Positions 49,351-61,430 of a stretch of 64,000 nucleotides of DNA are shown in pieces. The stretch's first letter is position 1. Each line of letters starts with the position of its first letter. The notes beneath the pieces are model-generated. The model was not told the origin of the DNA. It made no database searches and saw only the letters and a program-made list of their open reading frames with translations. The position numbers were made by a program, and so were the translations under genes. The DNA is taken from NCBI GenBank assembly GCA_002269645.1, contig NIVC01001557.1:1-64000 (forward strand). The letters run 5' to 3'. This DNA is from Macrostomum lignano. Taxonomy: Eukaryota.

Positions 49351-50129
49351 TCACAGACACATCACGAAGTTTTGAGCTATGAGATTTACTGTCTTCGAGT
49401 ATGTTAAATCTTCGATCCTATGAAAGGTAAAAGCGCCTCTGGGCCAATTTCCGATACTAATTCCTAGAAACGAGGTACTGTAGTTTTGTACTTTTAAATA
49501 CTTATAGCAATGCATGGAACAGCAGAATTTCTCTATTGCTGAAATTATTATACCAAGCAGTGCAAAGCACATGGCCAGGCCTCCTCACAGTTCTGGGCTA
49601 CTTTGAGTAGAAATGCAAGAATTTAAGCGAACAAAAAAGAGAAAAACTGCTGAAATCTGCTGAATTTTACTGAACGAATTTTGTGAAGGATTGACTGAGC
49701 AGAATTTATATTATTTAAATAGCTCTATGGATAGATAATCCCCATTATGAAAGTGCAAACGGAGAAGTTGGGCTTTATGTATTTTTTAAACAGGATATAT
49801 GACATCTACCATCGATTCTATTAAAAGTTTTTTTTGTTGCTGCATCTAAAACTATTACATATAAATGATTATATCATACATAAATGTGGATAAGTTACCG
49901 CACACTTCACGATTTAACAAAAAAAGGCATAACGCACTTGCACTACACCTTGTAATAGTTAGCAAAGCACTATGACGTAAGCAACAGTACGGAGACAAAT
50001 GCACTATGGGTTTGAATCAGAATACTTAAATAAATATAACAGATTATAACAGTAAAATTGTACAACTTACAAAACTAAACAACTGTTTGACGGCGCCAAC
50101 GAGGGGTGGCGTGTTTGAGACTAAATAGG

Positions 50130-51260
50130 GCCTGTTGGTGTGATGCTTTTAGGGCAGGTTGGTGTGATGCTAATTAGGGCAGGTTGGTGTGAGGCTAATT
50201 AGGGCAGGCTGGTGTGAGGCTAATTAGGGCATGTTGGTGTGAGGCTAATTAGGGAAGGTTGGTGTGAGGCTAATTAGGGCATGTTGGTGTGAGGCTAATT
50301 AGGGCATGTTGGTGTGATGCTAATTAGGGCAGGTTGGTGTGAGGCTAATTAGGGCAGGTTGGTGTGAGACTAATTAGGGAAGGTTGGTGTGAGGCTAATT
50401 AGGGCAGGTTGGTGTGAGGCTAATTAGGGAATGTTGGTGTGAGGCTAATGAGGGCATGTTGGTGTGATGCTAATTAGTGCAGGTGGGTGTGAGTCTAATT
50501 AGGGCAGGTTGGTGTGAGGCTAATTAGGGCAGGTTGGTGTGAGGCTAATTAGGGAAGGTTGGTGTGAGGCTAATTAGGGAAGGTTGGTGTGAGGCTAATT
50601 AGGGCATGTTGGTGTGAGGCTAATTAGAGCAGGTTGGTGTGAGGCTAATTAGGGCAGGTTGGTGTGAGGCTAATTAGAGCAGGTTGGTGTGAGGCTAATT
50701 AGGGCATGTTGGTGTGATGCTAATTAGGGCATGTTGGTGTGAGGCTAATTAGTGCAGGTGGGTGTGAGGCTAATTAGTGCAGGTGGGTGTGAGGCTAATT
50801 AGTGCAGGTGGGCGTGAGGCTAATTAGTGCAGGTGGGTGTGAGGCTAATTAGTGCAGGTGGGTGTGAGGCTAATTAGTGCAGGTGGGTGTGAGGCTAATT
50901 AGTGCAGGTGGGTGTGAGGCTAATTAGTGCAGGTGGGTGTGAGGCTAATTAGTGCAGGTGGGTGTGAGGCTAATTAGTGCAGGTGGGTGTGAGGCTAATT
51001 AGTGCAGGTGGGTGTGAGGCTAATTAGTCCAGGTGGGTGTGAGGCTAATTAGTGCAGGTGGGCGTGAGGCTAATTAGTGCAGGTGCGTGTGAGGCTAATT
51101 AGTGCAGGTGGGTGTGAGGCTAATTAGTGCAGGTGGGTGTGAGGCTAATTAGTGCAGGTGGGTGTGAGGCTAATTAGTGCAGGTGGGTGTGAGGCTAATT
51201 AGTGCAGGTGGGTGTGAGGCTAATTAGTGCAGGTGGGCGTGAGGCTAATTAGGGCGGGTG
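50130..51260. repeat. 25-bp minisatellite (GAGGCTAATTAGTGCAGGTGGGTGT), two variant domains
   Basis: Tandem copies downstream of the morgue stop codon. Confidence 0.96.
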
Positions 51261-51420
51261 AAATTAAAATGACAAGGCCAAAAACTGCAGTGACGATTGC
51301 AAGGGGAGAAAATGTCTCACACACGCAGTAACCAAAAACAAAAACAGCGAGTGCTTAACGGGGCTGACGAGTGCAAGGCGGAAATGCTTGAAGAGAAGAT
51401 TAAACGAAAACGCCAACAAA

Positions 51421-51714
51421 TTACAAGTCACCACCGCCGTCACCCGCCGGTTCGTCGGTCGCAGCCAAAGGCCCGACAAAGTCGTGCATGGCGTACTTCC
51501 AGGTCCACAGGCGGGCCAGCCGCTCGAATTCTGGCCGGTTTTCGATGCACAGCCGGGCGATCCTGGGCTCCATGCTCACCTCGGTGTAGGGGTCCGTGAG
51601 TAGGCTCTGAACACAGACCAGCACTTTGGCCAGGGTGAGGGCCAGGCTCCAGTTGGTTGGCAAGATGGCGTCCAGGCCCACGTCTCCGTGACGACTCACG
51701 TTGGGGTGGAACAC
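51421..51714 (-). CDS. morgue: morgue orthologue exon 3: C-terminal UEV with Gly at the catalytic Cys site, ends at TAA
   Basis: VFHPNVSRHGDVGLDAI...WSLALTLAKVL...LLTDPY...WTWKYAM; canonical E2 is HPNxxxxGxICL. Confidence 0.92.
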   Translation of the reverse strand: MFHPNVSRHGDVGLDAILPTNWSLALTLAKVLVCVQSLLTDPYTEVSMEPRIARLCIENRPEFERLARLWTWKYAMHDFVGPLAATDEPAGDGGGDL

Positions 51715-51789
51715 CTGGGGTGGCAGTTAATTCGGGGTATTTGACTAGTTTACGCAGGGTTCACTGTCGATTAAAGGATTTAAGGATAA

Positions 51790-52640
51790 AGTTTAGGGGC
51801 GATTGTTGTGGTAGTTTAGGGGCGATTGTTGTGGTAGTTTAGGGGCGATTGTTGTGGTAGTTTAGGGGCGATTGTTGGGGTAGTTTAGGGGCGATTGTTG
51901 TGGTAGTTTAGGGGCGATTGTTGTGGTAGTTTAGGGGCGATTGTTGTGGTAGTTTAGGGGCGATTGTTGTGGTAGTTTAGGGGCGATTCTTGGGGTGGTT
52001 TAGGGGCGATTCTTGGGGTGGTTTAGGGGCGATTGTTGTGGTAGTTTAGGGGCGATTGTTGTGGTAGTTTAGGGGCGATTGTTGTGGTAGTTTAGGGGCG
52101 ATTGTTGTGGTAGTTTAGGGGCGATTGTTGTGGTAGTTTAGGGGCGATTCTTGTGGTAGTTTAGGGGCGATTCTAGGGATAGTTTAGGGGCGATTTTTGG
52201 GGTAGTTTAGGGGCGATTTTTAGGGTAGTTTAGGTGCGATTCTTAGGGTAGTTTAGGGGCGATTCTTAGGATAGTTTAGGTGCGATTCTTAGGGTAGTTT
52301 AGGGGTGATTGTTGTGGTAGTTAAGGGGCGATTCCTAAGGTAGTTTAGGGGCGATTCTAGGGATAGTTTAGGGGCGATTCTTAGGGTAGTTTAGGGGCGA
52401 TTGTTGTGGTAGTTTAGGGGTGATTGTTGTGGTAGTTAAGGGGCGATTCCTAAGGTAGTTTAGGGGCGACTGTTGTGGTAGTTTAGGGGCGATTCTTGAG
52501 GTGGTTTAGGGGCAGTTTTTGGGGTAGTTTAGGGGTAATTCTTGGGGTAGTTTAGGGGCGATTCTTGGGGTGGTTTAGGGGCGATTTTTGGGGCTTAGGA
52601 GCGATTATTGGGTTGATTCCTAGGGTTGATTCTTGGGGTG
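51790..52640. repeat. 23-bp minisatellite (TTTAGGGGCGATTGTTGTGGTAG) in morgue intron 2
   Basis: Tandem copies. Confidence 0.95.
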
Positions 52641-52797
52641 GGTTAGTGTGATTGTGTGATTTTTAGGTGGTTAACTAATTTACCTTGTATAAAACTGTTT
52701 AGGGACGATTCTCATGAAATTTGGGGCGATTTCCCGATGGTTTTAGAAACGATTTCAAGGCCGGTAAAACGCAAACACAGTTCACCCCCTCGCCCAC

Positions 52798-53343
52798 CTT
52801 AGTCAGGAAGCGAATCAACGGCGGTCGCAGCGGGTAGCTGTGCGGCACAGTCAGAGACAGGAAGAAGGCGCCGCCCTGATAGGGGGAGCCGGGCGGGCCG
52901 CAGATGACGGCATGCCACTGGGACAGCCGGCCGCTGTCCACGGGCGTCGGCACGGCCGCCACGCCGTAGGGCGGCTCCTGTATAAGGCTGCGGTACTCCA
53001 GCCTCAGCCGGCGCTGTCGCCACGACGACGCTTCGTCGACGTCCCAACTGGAGGGCCCGCTGGCGAGACAGGCGAGACAGGGCGCGCTCAGCAGCAGATC
53101 CGAGTAGAGAGAGCGCCAGGTGCCGGCGCCCAGGGGCCGGCGCAGGGTGAACAGGGGCCACCGGTGGCTGAGCTGCCGCTGCCAGTAGGCGTCGGAGAAC
53201 TCCCGTTCGATAATCTGGGTCAGCCGCCGGTTGCCAAGGCGGAGCAGCGACCAGACCGCCATGTCGTCGCAGTGAGCCAACACGGCCAGAATCAGCTCGG
53301 TTGGCAGGGCGTCAAGGCGGGCACCGCGCGACTGCGCTGAGCT
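52798..53343 (-). CDS. morgue: morgue orthologue exon 2: F-box plus N-terminal half of the UBC/UEV domain
   Basis: LDALPTELILAVL (F-box); WHAVICGPPGSPYQGGAFFLSLTVPHSYPLRPPLIRFLTK (UBC fold); CAG/GTGGG. Confidence 0.92.
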
Positions 53344-53384
53344 CTGCGGAGGGGGGTGCGATGGTGCTCTGAGATAGTACTCAA

Positions 53385-53930
53385 ACATTTAAGCTCCAAG
53401 TCACTCTGGAACTCAAACATTTAAGCTCCAAGTCACTCTGGAACTCAAACATTTAAGCTCCAAGTCACTCTGGAACTCAAACATTTAAGCTCCAAGTCAC
53501 TCTGGAACTCAAACATTGAAGCTCCAAAAGTCACTCCGGAACTCAAAGACTGAAGCTCCAAAAGTCACTCCGGAACTCAAACACTGAAGCTCCAAGTCAC
53601 TCCGGAACTCAAACACTGAAGCTCCAAAAGTCACTCCGGAACTCAAACACTGAAGCTCCAAAAGTCACTCCGGAACTCAAAGACTGAAGCTCCAAAAGTC
53701 ACTCTGGAACTCAAACACTGAAGCTCCAAGTCACTCCGGAACTCAAACACTGAAGCTCCAAAAGTCACTCCGGAACTCAAACACTGAAGCTCCAAAAGTC
53801 ACTCCGGAACTCAAACACTGAAGCTCCAAAAGTCACTCCGGAACTCAAACACTGAAGCCCCAAAAGTCACTCCGGAACTCAAACACTGAAGCTCCAAAAG
53901 TCACTCCGGAACTCAAACTCTGAAGCTCCA
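53385..53930. repeat. 31-33-bp minisatellite (GAACTCAAACACTGAAGCTCCAAAAGTCACTCCG) in morgue intron 1
   Basis: Tandem copies. Confidence 0.95.
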
Positions 53931-53952
53931 GGTCACTGGCTCTCGCATTTAC

Positions 53953-54255
53953 ACTGCTAGATGGCAGAGGCTGCTGTTGCTGCTGCTGCCGCAGCTGTTG
54001 CTGCAACAACTTTTTCTGCTGCTGCTGTCGCAACTGCCGCAGCTGCTGGGCCTCATCGTCAGAAGCGGCACCCGACGGGCCGACGGCGGCGGCAGCGGCG
54101 TGAGCAGCGGCTTCCTCCTCGGTGCCGGAGTCTCCGTCTTCGTCGTCGCGCTTCAGGGCGGTGCACTGGTACTGATAGAGGAAGGAGTGGCACACGGGGC
54201 ACACCGGCTGGTCATCGCACGCGCTGTAGAACCCGTTGCAGTGAAAGCAGGGCAT
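53953..54255 (-). CDS. morgue: morgue orthologue exon 1: CxxC-x12-CxxCH zinc finger plus acidic/poly-Gln linker
   Basis: MPCFHCNGFYSACDDQPVCPVCHSFLY; phase-0 donor AGT|GTAAAT (donor choice is an inference). Confidence 0.75.
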
Positions 54256-54409
54256 TGGCTTTGCTTGCGGAGCTCACCGCTTGCCTGTCTTCTCAGTGAG
54301 AGGATTCGAATTTTTAAAAATACACTTCTGTTGCGAATCTCGCTAGACCAGAAAAAATTGACAAATGAAGGTTTGAAGGTCAAGGCAAGATTAATTGGAA
54401 AGTTCAGGG

Positions 54410-55800
54410 CGATTCTTGGGGAGGCATAGGGGCGATTCTTGGGGAGGCTTAGGGGCGATTCTTGGGGAGGCTTAGGGGCGATTCTTGGGGAGGCATAGGG
54501 CGATTCTTGGGGAGGCATAGAGCGATTCTTGGTGAGGCATAGGGGCGATTCTTGGGGAGGCATAGGGCGATTCTTGGGGAGGCTTAGGGGCGATTCTTGG
54601 GAGGCATAGGGGCGATTCTTGGGGAGGCATAGGGCGATTCTTGGGGAGGCATAGGGCGATTCTTGGGGAGGCTTAGGGGCGATTCTTGGGGAGGCTTAGG
54701 GGCGATTCTTGGGGAGGCATAGGGCGATTCTTGGGGAGGCATAGGGGCGATTCTTGGGGAGGCATAGGGGCGATTCTTGGGGAGGCTTAGGGGCGATTCT
54801 TGGGGAGGCTTAGGGGCGATTCTTGGGGAGGCATAGGGCGATTCTTGGGGAGGCATAGGGGCGATTCTTGGGGAGGCATAGGGGCGATTCTTGGGGAGGC
54901 ATAAGGCGATTCTTGGGGAGGCATAGAGCGATTCTTGGTGAGGCATAGGGGCGATTCTTGGGGAGGCATAGGGCGATTCTTGGGGAGGCTTAGGGGCGAT
55001 TCTTGGGAGGCATAGGGGCGATTCTTGGGGAGGCATAGGGCGATTCTTGGGGAGGCATAGGGCGATTCTTGGGGAGGCTTAGGGGCGATTCTTGGGGAGG
55101 CTTAGGGGCGATTCTTGGGAGGCATAGGGCGATTCTTGGGGAGGCATAGGGGCGATTCTTGGGGAGGCATAGGGGCGATTCTTGGGGAGGCTTAGGGGCG
55201 ATTCTTGGGGAGGCTTAGGGGCGATTCTTGGGGAGGCATAGGGCGATTCTTGGGGAGGCATAGGGGCGATTCTTGGGGAGGCATAGGGGCGATTCTTGGG
55301 GAGGCATAGGGCGATTCTTGGGGAGGCATAGGGGCGATTCTTGGGGAGGCATAGGGGCGATTCTTGGGGAGGCTTAGGGGCGATTCTTGGGGAGGCATAG
55401 GGCGATTCTTGGGGAGGCATAGGGCGATTCTTGGTGAGGCATAGGGGCGATTCTTGGGGAGGCATAGGGCGATTCTTGGGGAGGCATAGGGGCGATTCTT
55501 GGGGAGGCATAGGGCGATTCTTGGGGAGGCTTAGGGGCGATTCTTGGGGAGGCTTAGGGGCGATTCTTGGGGAGGCATAGGGCGATTCTTGGGGAGGCAT
55601 AGGGGCGATTCTTGGGGAGGCATAGGGGCGATTCTTGGGGAGGCATAGGGCGATTCTTGGGGAGGCTTAGGGGCGATTCTTGGGGAGGCATAGGGCGATT
55701 CTTGGGGAGGCATAGGGGCGATTATTGGGGAGGCATAGGGGCGATTCTTGGGGAGGCATAGGGACGATTCTTGGGAAGGCTTAGGGACGATTCTTAATGG
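54410..55800. repeat. 22/23-bp minisatellite (GGGGCGATTCTTGGGGAGGCATA)
   Basis: About 60 units upstream of the morgue ATG. Confidence 0.96.
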
Positions 55801-56289
55801 GCTTAGGGGCCGGTTCTTTGAGAGTAGTTTACGGTTTATTACCCATATAGTTTAGGGCGATTCGTAAGGTGATTTAGTGGCGAATGTACGAGGTTTTAAG
55901 CCAATTTTGAGGGCGATTTTTAGATGGTTTAAGGAAGGCTATGTGTTAGTGAGAGCTAATCTTATCTTAGAGCTAAGCTAATCTTAGTAACGTACAAACG
56001 TACAACCAAACAGTAATAATTTAATTTTTCAGTACCTTTAGAAAAATTGATAGTCTATAGGACATAATTTAAGTCACGATTAACATATAACCAACCATTT
56101 AAAATCAAAATCCGCCAAAATTACAGTCTCAATGTATTTAGTATAATCTTGCTATTTCAATAAATTTAAGCACAAATTGATAGATAATATTTATATCATT
56201 TGATACCTTGCACTACAAACAGGGCAATAATTAAAGCAAGCACTTTAAAAAACACTGAGGACCATTGAAACACCTGTAAGACTTCTACC

Positions 56290-57140
56290 CCAAATGTACA
56301 CCGGTTCCCTGTCTGCCCCCCCTAATGCACACACGGTTCCCTGTCTACCCCCAATGTACACGCGGTTCCCTGTCTACCCCCTAATGTACACAGGGTTCCC
56401 TGTCTACCCCCTAATGTACACACGGTTCCCTGTCTACCCCCAATGTACACGCGGTTCCCTGTCTACCCCCCAATGTACACACGGTTTCCTGTCTACCCCC
56501 CAATGTACACACGGTTTCCTGTCTACCCCCCGATGTACACACGGTTCCCTGTCTACCCTCCAATGTACACACGGTTCCCTGTCTACCCCCTAATGTACAC
56601 ACGGTTCCCTTTCTACCCTCCAATGTACACACGGTTCCCTGTCTACCCCCTAATGTACACAGGGTTCCCTGTCTGCCCCCCAATGTACACACGGTTCCCT
56701 GTCTACCCCCGTAATGTACACACGGTTCCCTGCCTACCCCCCAATGCACACACGGTTCCCTGTCTACCCCCTAATGCACACACGGTTCCCTGTCTACCCC
56801 AAATGTACACGCGGTTCCCTGTCTACCCCCCAATGTACACACGGTTTCCTGTCTACCCCCCAATGCACACACGGTTCCCTGTCTACCCCAATGTACACGC
56901 GGTTCCCTGTCTACCCCCAATGTACACACGGTTCCCTGTCTGCCCCCAATGTACACGCGGTTCCCTGTCTACCCCCAATGTACACACGGTTCCCTGTCTA
57001 CCCCCTAATGTACACACGGTTCCCTGTCTACCCCCCAATGTACACACGGTTCCCTGTCTACCCTTCAATGTACACACGGTTCCCTGACTACCCCCTAATG
57101 TACACACGGTTCCCTGTCTACCCCCCAATGTACACACGAT
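56290..57140. repeat. 32-33-bp minisatellite (CCCAATGTACACACGGTTCCCTGTCTACCCC)
   Basis: Tandem copies. Confidence 0.95.
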
Positions 57141-57549
57141 TCCCTTTCTAACCTAATGTATAATTGCTCCCCAATAAGAGAAATTATTGCAACATAATCA
57201 TACTAGCCGAAGCAGGTGACAAACAATAAAATAAGCACATGCCACTACTACTTGAATGAAAACAGAATCGGTTGAAGATAATTATGCACCAATTACGAGC
57301 ATTAAAACAGGACAATTAAACAAGACTGGAAACAATAAATGGCAAAAAATCAGATCCAGTTAAATCGGATTTATTGGAAATGCGCTACACAATGAATCAG
57401 AGGACAATTTGACAACAATAAAAGCAGAAACTATTCAGCCGGTCAATTTTGCTACCAAGACACTAAGGTATGTTAATAAAGTACACGGTCTGCTGAAGAT
57501 CTGCTAAAGGTCTGGGTGCCGATAGTACTTTTTACAAACTTCTACTGCT

Positions 57550-59120
57550 GATGGGGGTCACTCTGAATGCAGGGTCACTCTGATGGAGAGGGTCAAACCG
57601 AGGGAACAGTCCTGAGTCTGAGGGAAAAGTCACCGGAAGAAAGGGTCCCTCTGAAAAGAGGGTCACTCCGAAGGAAAGGTCACTCTGAAGGGAGGGTCAC
57701 TCTGAAGGGAGGGTCACTCTGAAGGAAAGGTCACTCTGAAGGGATGGACACTCTGAAGGGAGGGTCAATACGAAGAAAAGGTCACTCTGAAGGGAGGGTC
57801 GCTCTGAAGAGAGGGTCACTCCGAAGGAAATGTCACTCTGAAGGGATGGACACTCTGAAGGGAGGGTCAATACGAAGAAAAGGTCACTCTGAAGGGAGGG
57901 TCGCTCTGAAGAGAGGGTCACTCCGAAGGAAAGGTCACTCTGAAGGGATGGACACTCTGAAGGGAGGGTCAATACGAAGAAAAGGTCACTCTGAAGGGAG
58001 GGTCGCTCTGAAGGGAGGGTCAATACGAAGGAAAGGTCACTCTGAAGGGATGGTCACTCTGAAGGGAGGGTCACTCTGAAGGGAGGGTCACTCTGAAGGG
58101 AGGGTCACTCTGAAGGGAGGGTCACTCTGAAGGGAGGTTCACTCGAAAGGGAGGGTTACTCCAAAGGAAAGATCACTCTGAGGGAGGGTCGCTCTGAAGA
58201 GAGGGTCACTCCGAAGGAAAGGTCACTCTGAAGGGATGGACACTCTGAAGGGAGGGTCAATACGAAGAAAAGGTCACTCTGAAGGGAGGGTCGCTCTGAA
58301 GAGAGGGTCAATACGAAGGAAAGGTCACTCTGAAGGGATGGTCACTCTGAAGGGAGGGTCACTCTGAAGGGAGGGTCACTCTGAAGGGAGGTTCACTCGA
58401 AAGGGAGGGTTACTCCAAAGGAAAGATCACTCTGAGGGAGGGTCGCTCTGAAGAGAGGGTCACTCCGAAGGAAAGGTCACTCTGAAGGGATGGACACTCT
58501 GAAGGGAGGGTCAATACGAAGAAAAGGTCACTCTGAAGGGAGGGTCGCTCTGAAGAGAGGGTCACTCCGAAGGAAAGGTCACTCTGAAGGGATGGACATT
58601 CTAAAGTGAGGTTACTCTGAAGAGAGGGTCACTCCGAAGGAAAGGTCACTCTGAAGGGATGGACATTCTGAAGTGAGGTTACTCTGAAGAGAGGGTCACT
58701 CCGAAGGAAAGGTCACTCTGAAGGGATGGACATTCTGAAGTGAGGTCACTCTGAAGAGAGGGTCACTCCGAAGGAAAGGTCACTCTGAAGGGATGGACAC
58801 TCTGAAGGGAGGGTCAATACGAAGAAAAGGTCACTCTGAAGGGATGGACACTCTGAAGGGAGGGTCAATACGAAGAAAAGGTCACTCTGAAGGGAGGGTC
58901 GCTCTGAAGAGAGGGTCACTCCGAAGGAAAGGTCACTCTGAAGGGATGGACATTCTAAAGTGAGGTTACTCTGAAGAGAGGGTCACTCCGAAGGAAAGGT
59001 CACTCTGAAGGGATGGACACTCTGAAGTGGGGGCACTCTTAAGGTAGGGTTACTCTGAAGGGAGGGTCACTATAAAGGGTCACTCTGAAGGCTCACTCTA
59101 AAGAGTCACTCGAAAAGAAT
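57550..59120. repeat. 16-bp-based satellite with higher-order structure (GGTCACTCTGAAGGGA)
   Basis: Tandem copies with ~96-bp super-units. Confidence 0.95.
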
Positions 59121-59298
59121 GGTCACTATAAAAGCAGAGGGCTTTGAAAGTCAAATTTCCTCTGCAATGCAACCGTGACAGACGATTAACTAGCTGTTAA
59201 ATCTAAGCTTGATTTGCAATTCCGGATTTTATAATAACCACAGATTCTAAAATAACTAGATGGGCCACTCAGGCAGATATACTTAGTAAAACAGCTTT

Positions 59299-59635
59299 CT
59301 ACTTTCAGTTCAGTAGTAAAGAAGAATAAATAAGCTAATTTTTTAAACAGAAACAGCTAAAATGACTTTGATAAGTTTAGAAGCCCAAAGCTTGCAGGCG
59401 TGAACAACTTGCTAATTGGTTCAGCAGTAATGTACATTGGCCAGCTCACTGAAATGTACATGGCAGCTTTAGGCTTGGAATTCCGGGAAAGGCCATAAAA
59501 ATTGGGGCGGGGCGGTGGTAGTGTGGAAAGGCGCGGTTGGAGGGTTTAGGCTGGGGGTAAGAGCCAATAAATTAGCCTTCACTTTAAAAATACATTAAAA
59601 TGCTTCAGTTTAACTTACTACTGAACTGAAAGTAG
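59299..59635. repeat. 21-bp perfect inverted repeat enclosing ~295 bp (MITE-like or 3'UTR stem)
   Basis: CTACTTTCAGTTCAGTAGTAA (59299-59319) vs TTACTACTGAACTGAAAGTAG (59615-59635). Confidence 0.65.
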
Positions 59636-59782
59636 TTTACACGCAAATGTGCTGAGTGGTCCATCCAGTTATTCAAGTATCTGCGATCACAACTTAGCCT
59701 TTAGCAGACTGTGGAATTTGACAATAAAATACCTACTGGAATTGAGGGAGAAAAGTGGATGCGCAATCAACAGAAGCTGTCA

Positions 59783-60283
59783 TCAGGCCTCAGCCACCGG
59801 CAGCTGGACCACATCACCGCACACGTTCAGCAGGCACTGGGCGTGTCCTCTGCTCGGGTTATCCAGCAGCAGCACTTCGCTCAGGTGAAACGAGGTCACG
59901 GCTTGGCCGCCCAAAGCCGCGGCGTGGGCTCGAACCACGGCCATCACCTCGGCTAGACAGGTGTGCAGGAAGGCCTGCGAGCCGCCGCAGTCTCTCACGG
60001 AGCTGGTCTCGCGGATGAAGAAAAAGTCCAAATTGCCCAGGTAGTTGGCCACGGGCCGGCCCGGCGGGTGGCAGCCGGAGCACAGCAACACCCCGCTGGC
60101 TGTGCCCAGCAACAGGCCGCCCTGAGGTGCGGTCTGCCTGACGCAGTCGCCTGTCAGCACCGTCTGCAGGCAGCTCTCGTCCGTGACCTCCGTGTGGAAG
60201 TGCAGAGCTGCCAGAGTGCAGGGCAGGCTGTGCCGGAAGTGGAAACAGGTGGAGTGCAGCATGTCCGCTAGGAGGGAGTTCAC
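59783..60283 (-). CDS. C2CD5: C2CD5 terminal exon (FIRETSSVRDCGG...RAHAAALGGQAV...AQCLLNVCGD), ends at TGA
   Basis: C2CD5 C-terminal signature FIRETTSxRExGG / RAHVAALGGNAV / AQCLINVSGD. Confidence 0.92.
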   Translation of the reverse strand: MNSLLADMLHSTCFHFRHSLPCTLAALHFHTEVTDESCLQTVLTGDCVRQTAPQGGLLLGTASGVLLCSGCHPPGRPVANYLGNLDFFFIRETSSVRDCGGSQAFLHTCLAEVMAVVRAHAAALGGQAVTSFHLSEVLLLDNPSRGHAQCLLNVCGDVVQLPVAEA

Positions 60284-60349
60284 CTGGGGAGTGGGAGGGG
60301 AAGTTGTTGAACTTGATTTTGCTAGGATTCTGAGGTCAATTAGAGTTCA

Positions 60350-61065
60350 GATCATAACCTGAATTTATGAGATCATAACCTGAATTTATGAGATCATAAC
60401 CTGAATTTATGAGATCATAACCAGAATTTATGAGATCATAACCTGAATTTATGAGATCATAACCTGAATTTATGAGATCATACCAAAGCAGCTCACATAT
60501 TTAACCATAATGCGAAATAATAACCCAGGACTCAGAAATCATAACCGGGAACTCGAAAATCATAACACGCAACTCAGAAATCATAACCCGGAACTCGAAA
60601 ATTATAACGCGGAACTCAGAAATCATAACTCGGAACTAAAAAATAAAAAACCCGGAGCTCAGAAATCCTAACCCGGAAGTCAGAAATCATAACTGGGAAC
60701 TAAAAAATAAAAAAACCCGGAAGTCAGAAATCATAACCCGGAGCTCAGAAATCATAACCCGGAAGTCAGAAATCATAACCCGGAGCTCAAAAATCATAAC
60801 CCGGAGCTCAGAAATCATAACCCGGAGCTCAAAAATCATAACCCGGAGCTCAAAAATCATAACCCGGAAGTCAGAAATCCTAACCCGGAAGTCAGAAATC
60901 ATAACCCGGAAGTCAGAAATCATAACCCGGAACTCGAAAATCATAATCGTAACCCAAGACTCAGAAATAAAAACCCGGAGCTCAAAAATCATAACCCGGA
61001 AGTCAGAAATCATAACCCGGAGCTCAGAAATCATAACCCGGAGCTCAAAAATCATAACCCGGAGA
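60350..61065. repeat. Two adjacent 21-bp minisatellites sharing ATCATAACC
   Basis: ATTTATGAGATCATAACCTGA then AAATCATAACCCGGAGCTCAG. Confidence 0.93.
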
Positions 61066-61078
61066 CCCCCAACCTCAC

Positions 61079-61430
61079 CTGTCTGCTACTGTTAGCCTCG
61101 GGATCGTCCAGTGGGCATCGCAGAATCCTCACAAAGAAGTTGGTGTCCTCAGAGCGGCAGGCAGGGGAGCAGGTGAGCTGCAGACTGTCCATCAGAGGAT
61201 AGTCAACCAGCAAGGCTTCCATCTCGTCAGTTTCGCAGTCGTCAGCCAAGGAGATGATGAAGTTGTCTCGCTGATTTGACTGCAGATCGATGGGCGGGGA
61301 AGCCTCAGCATCCTCAGCCGCCCCTCCCGAGTCGCTGTTACTAGCCGATGCGTTGGAAACTGATGCGCCTGATGAGGCTGAGATGGCTGCGAGCGCTTGG
61401 GCCCGATCAAGGCAGTGCACCTCGCGACTC
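61079..61430 (-). CDS. C2CD5: C2CD5 exon (SREVHCLD...DNFIISLADDCETDEMEALLVD)
   Basis: CAG/GTGAG; phase 2/0. Confidence 0.82.

Noticed and set aside
50130-51260. Regular repeat arrays as possible CRISPR
   Set aside because: No unique spacers, no cas genes, eukaryotic context
51421-59783. Polycistronic C2CD5-morgue-nesprin operon
   Set aside because: Same-strand order only; intergenic gaps of several kb filled with satellites; no SL or RNA evidence in the sequence
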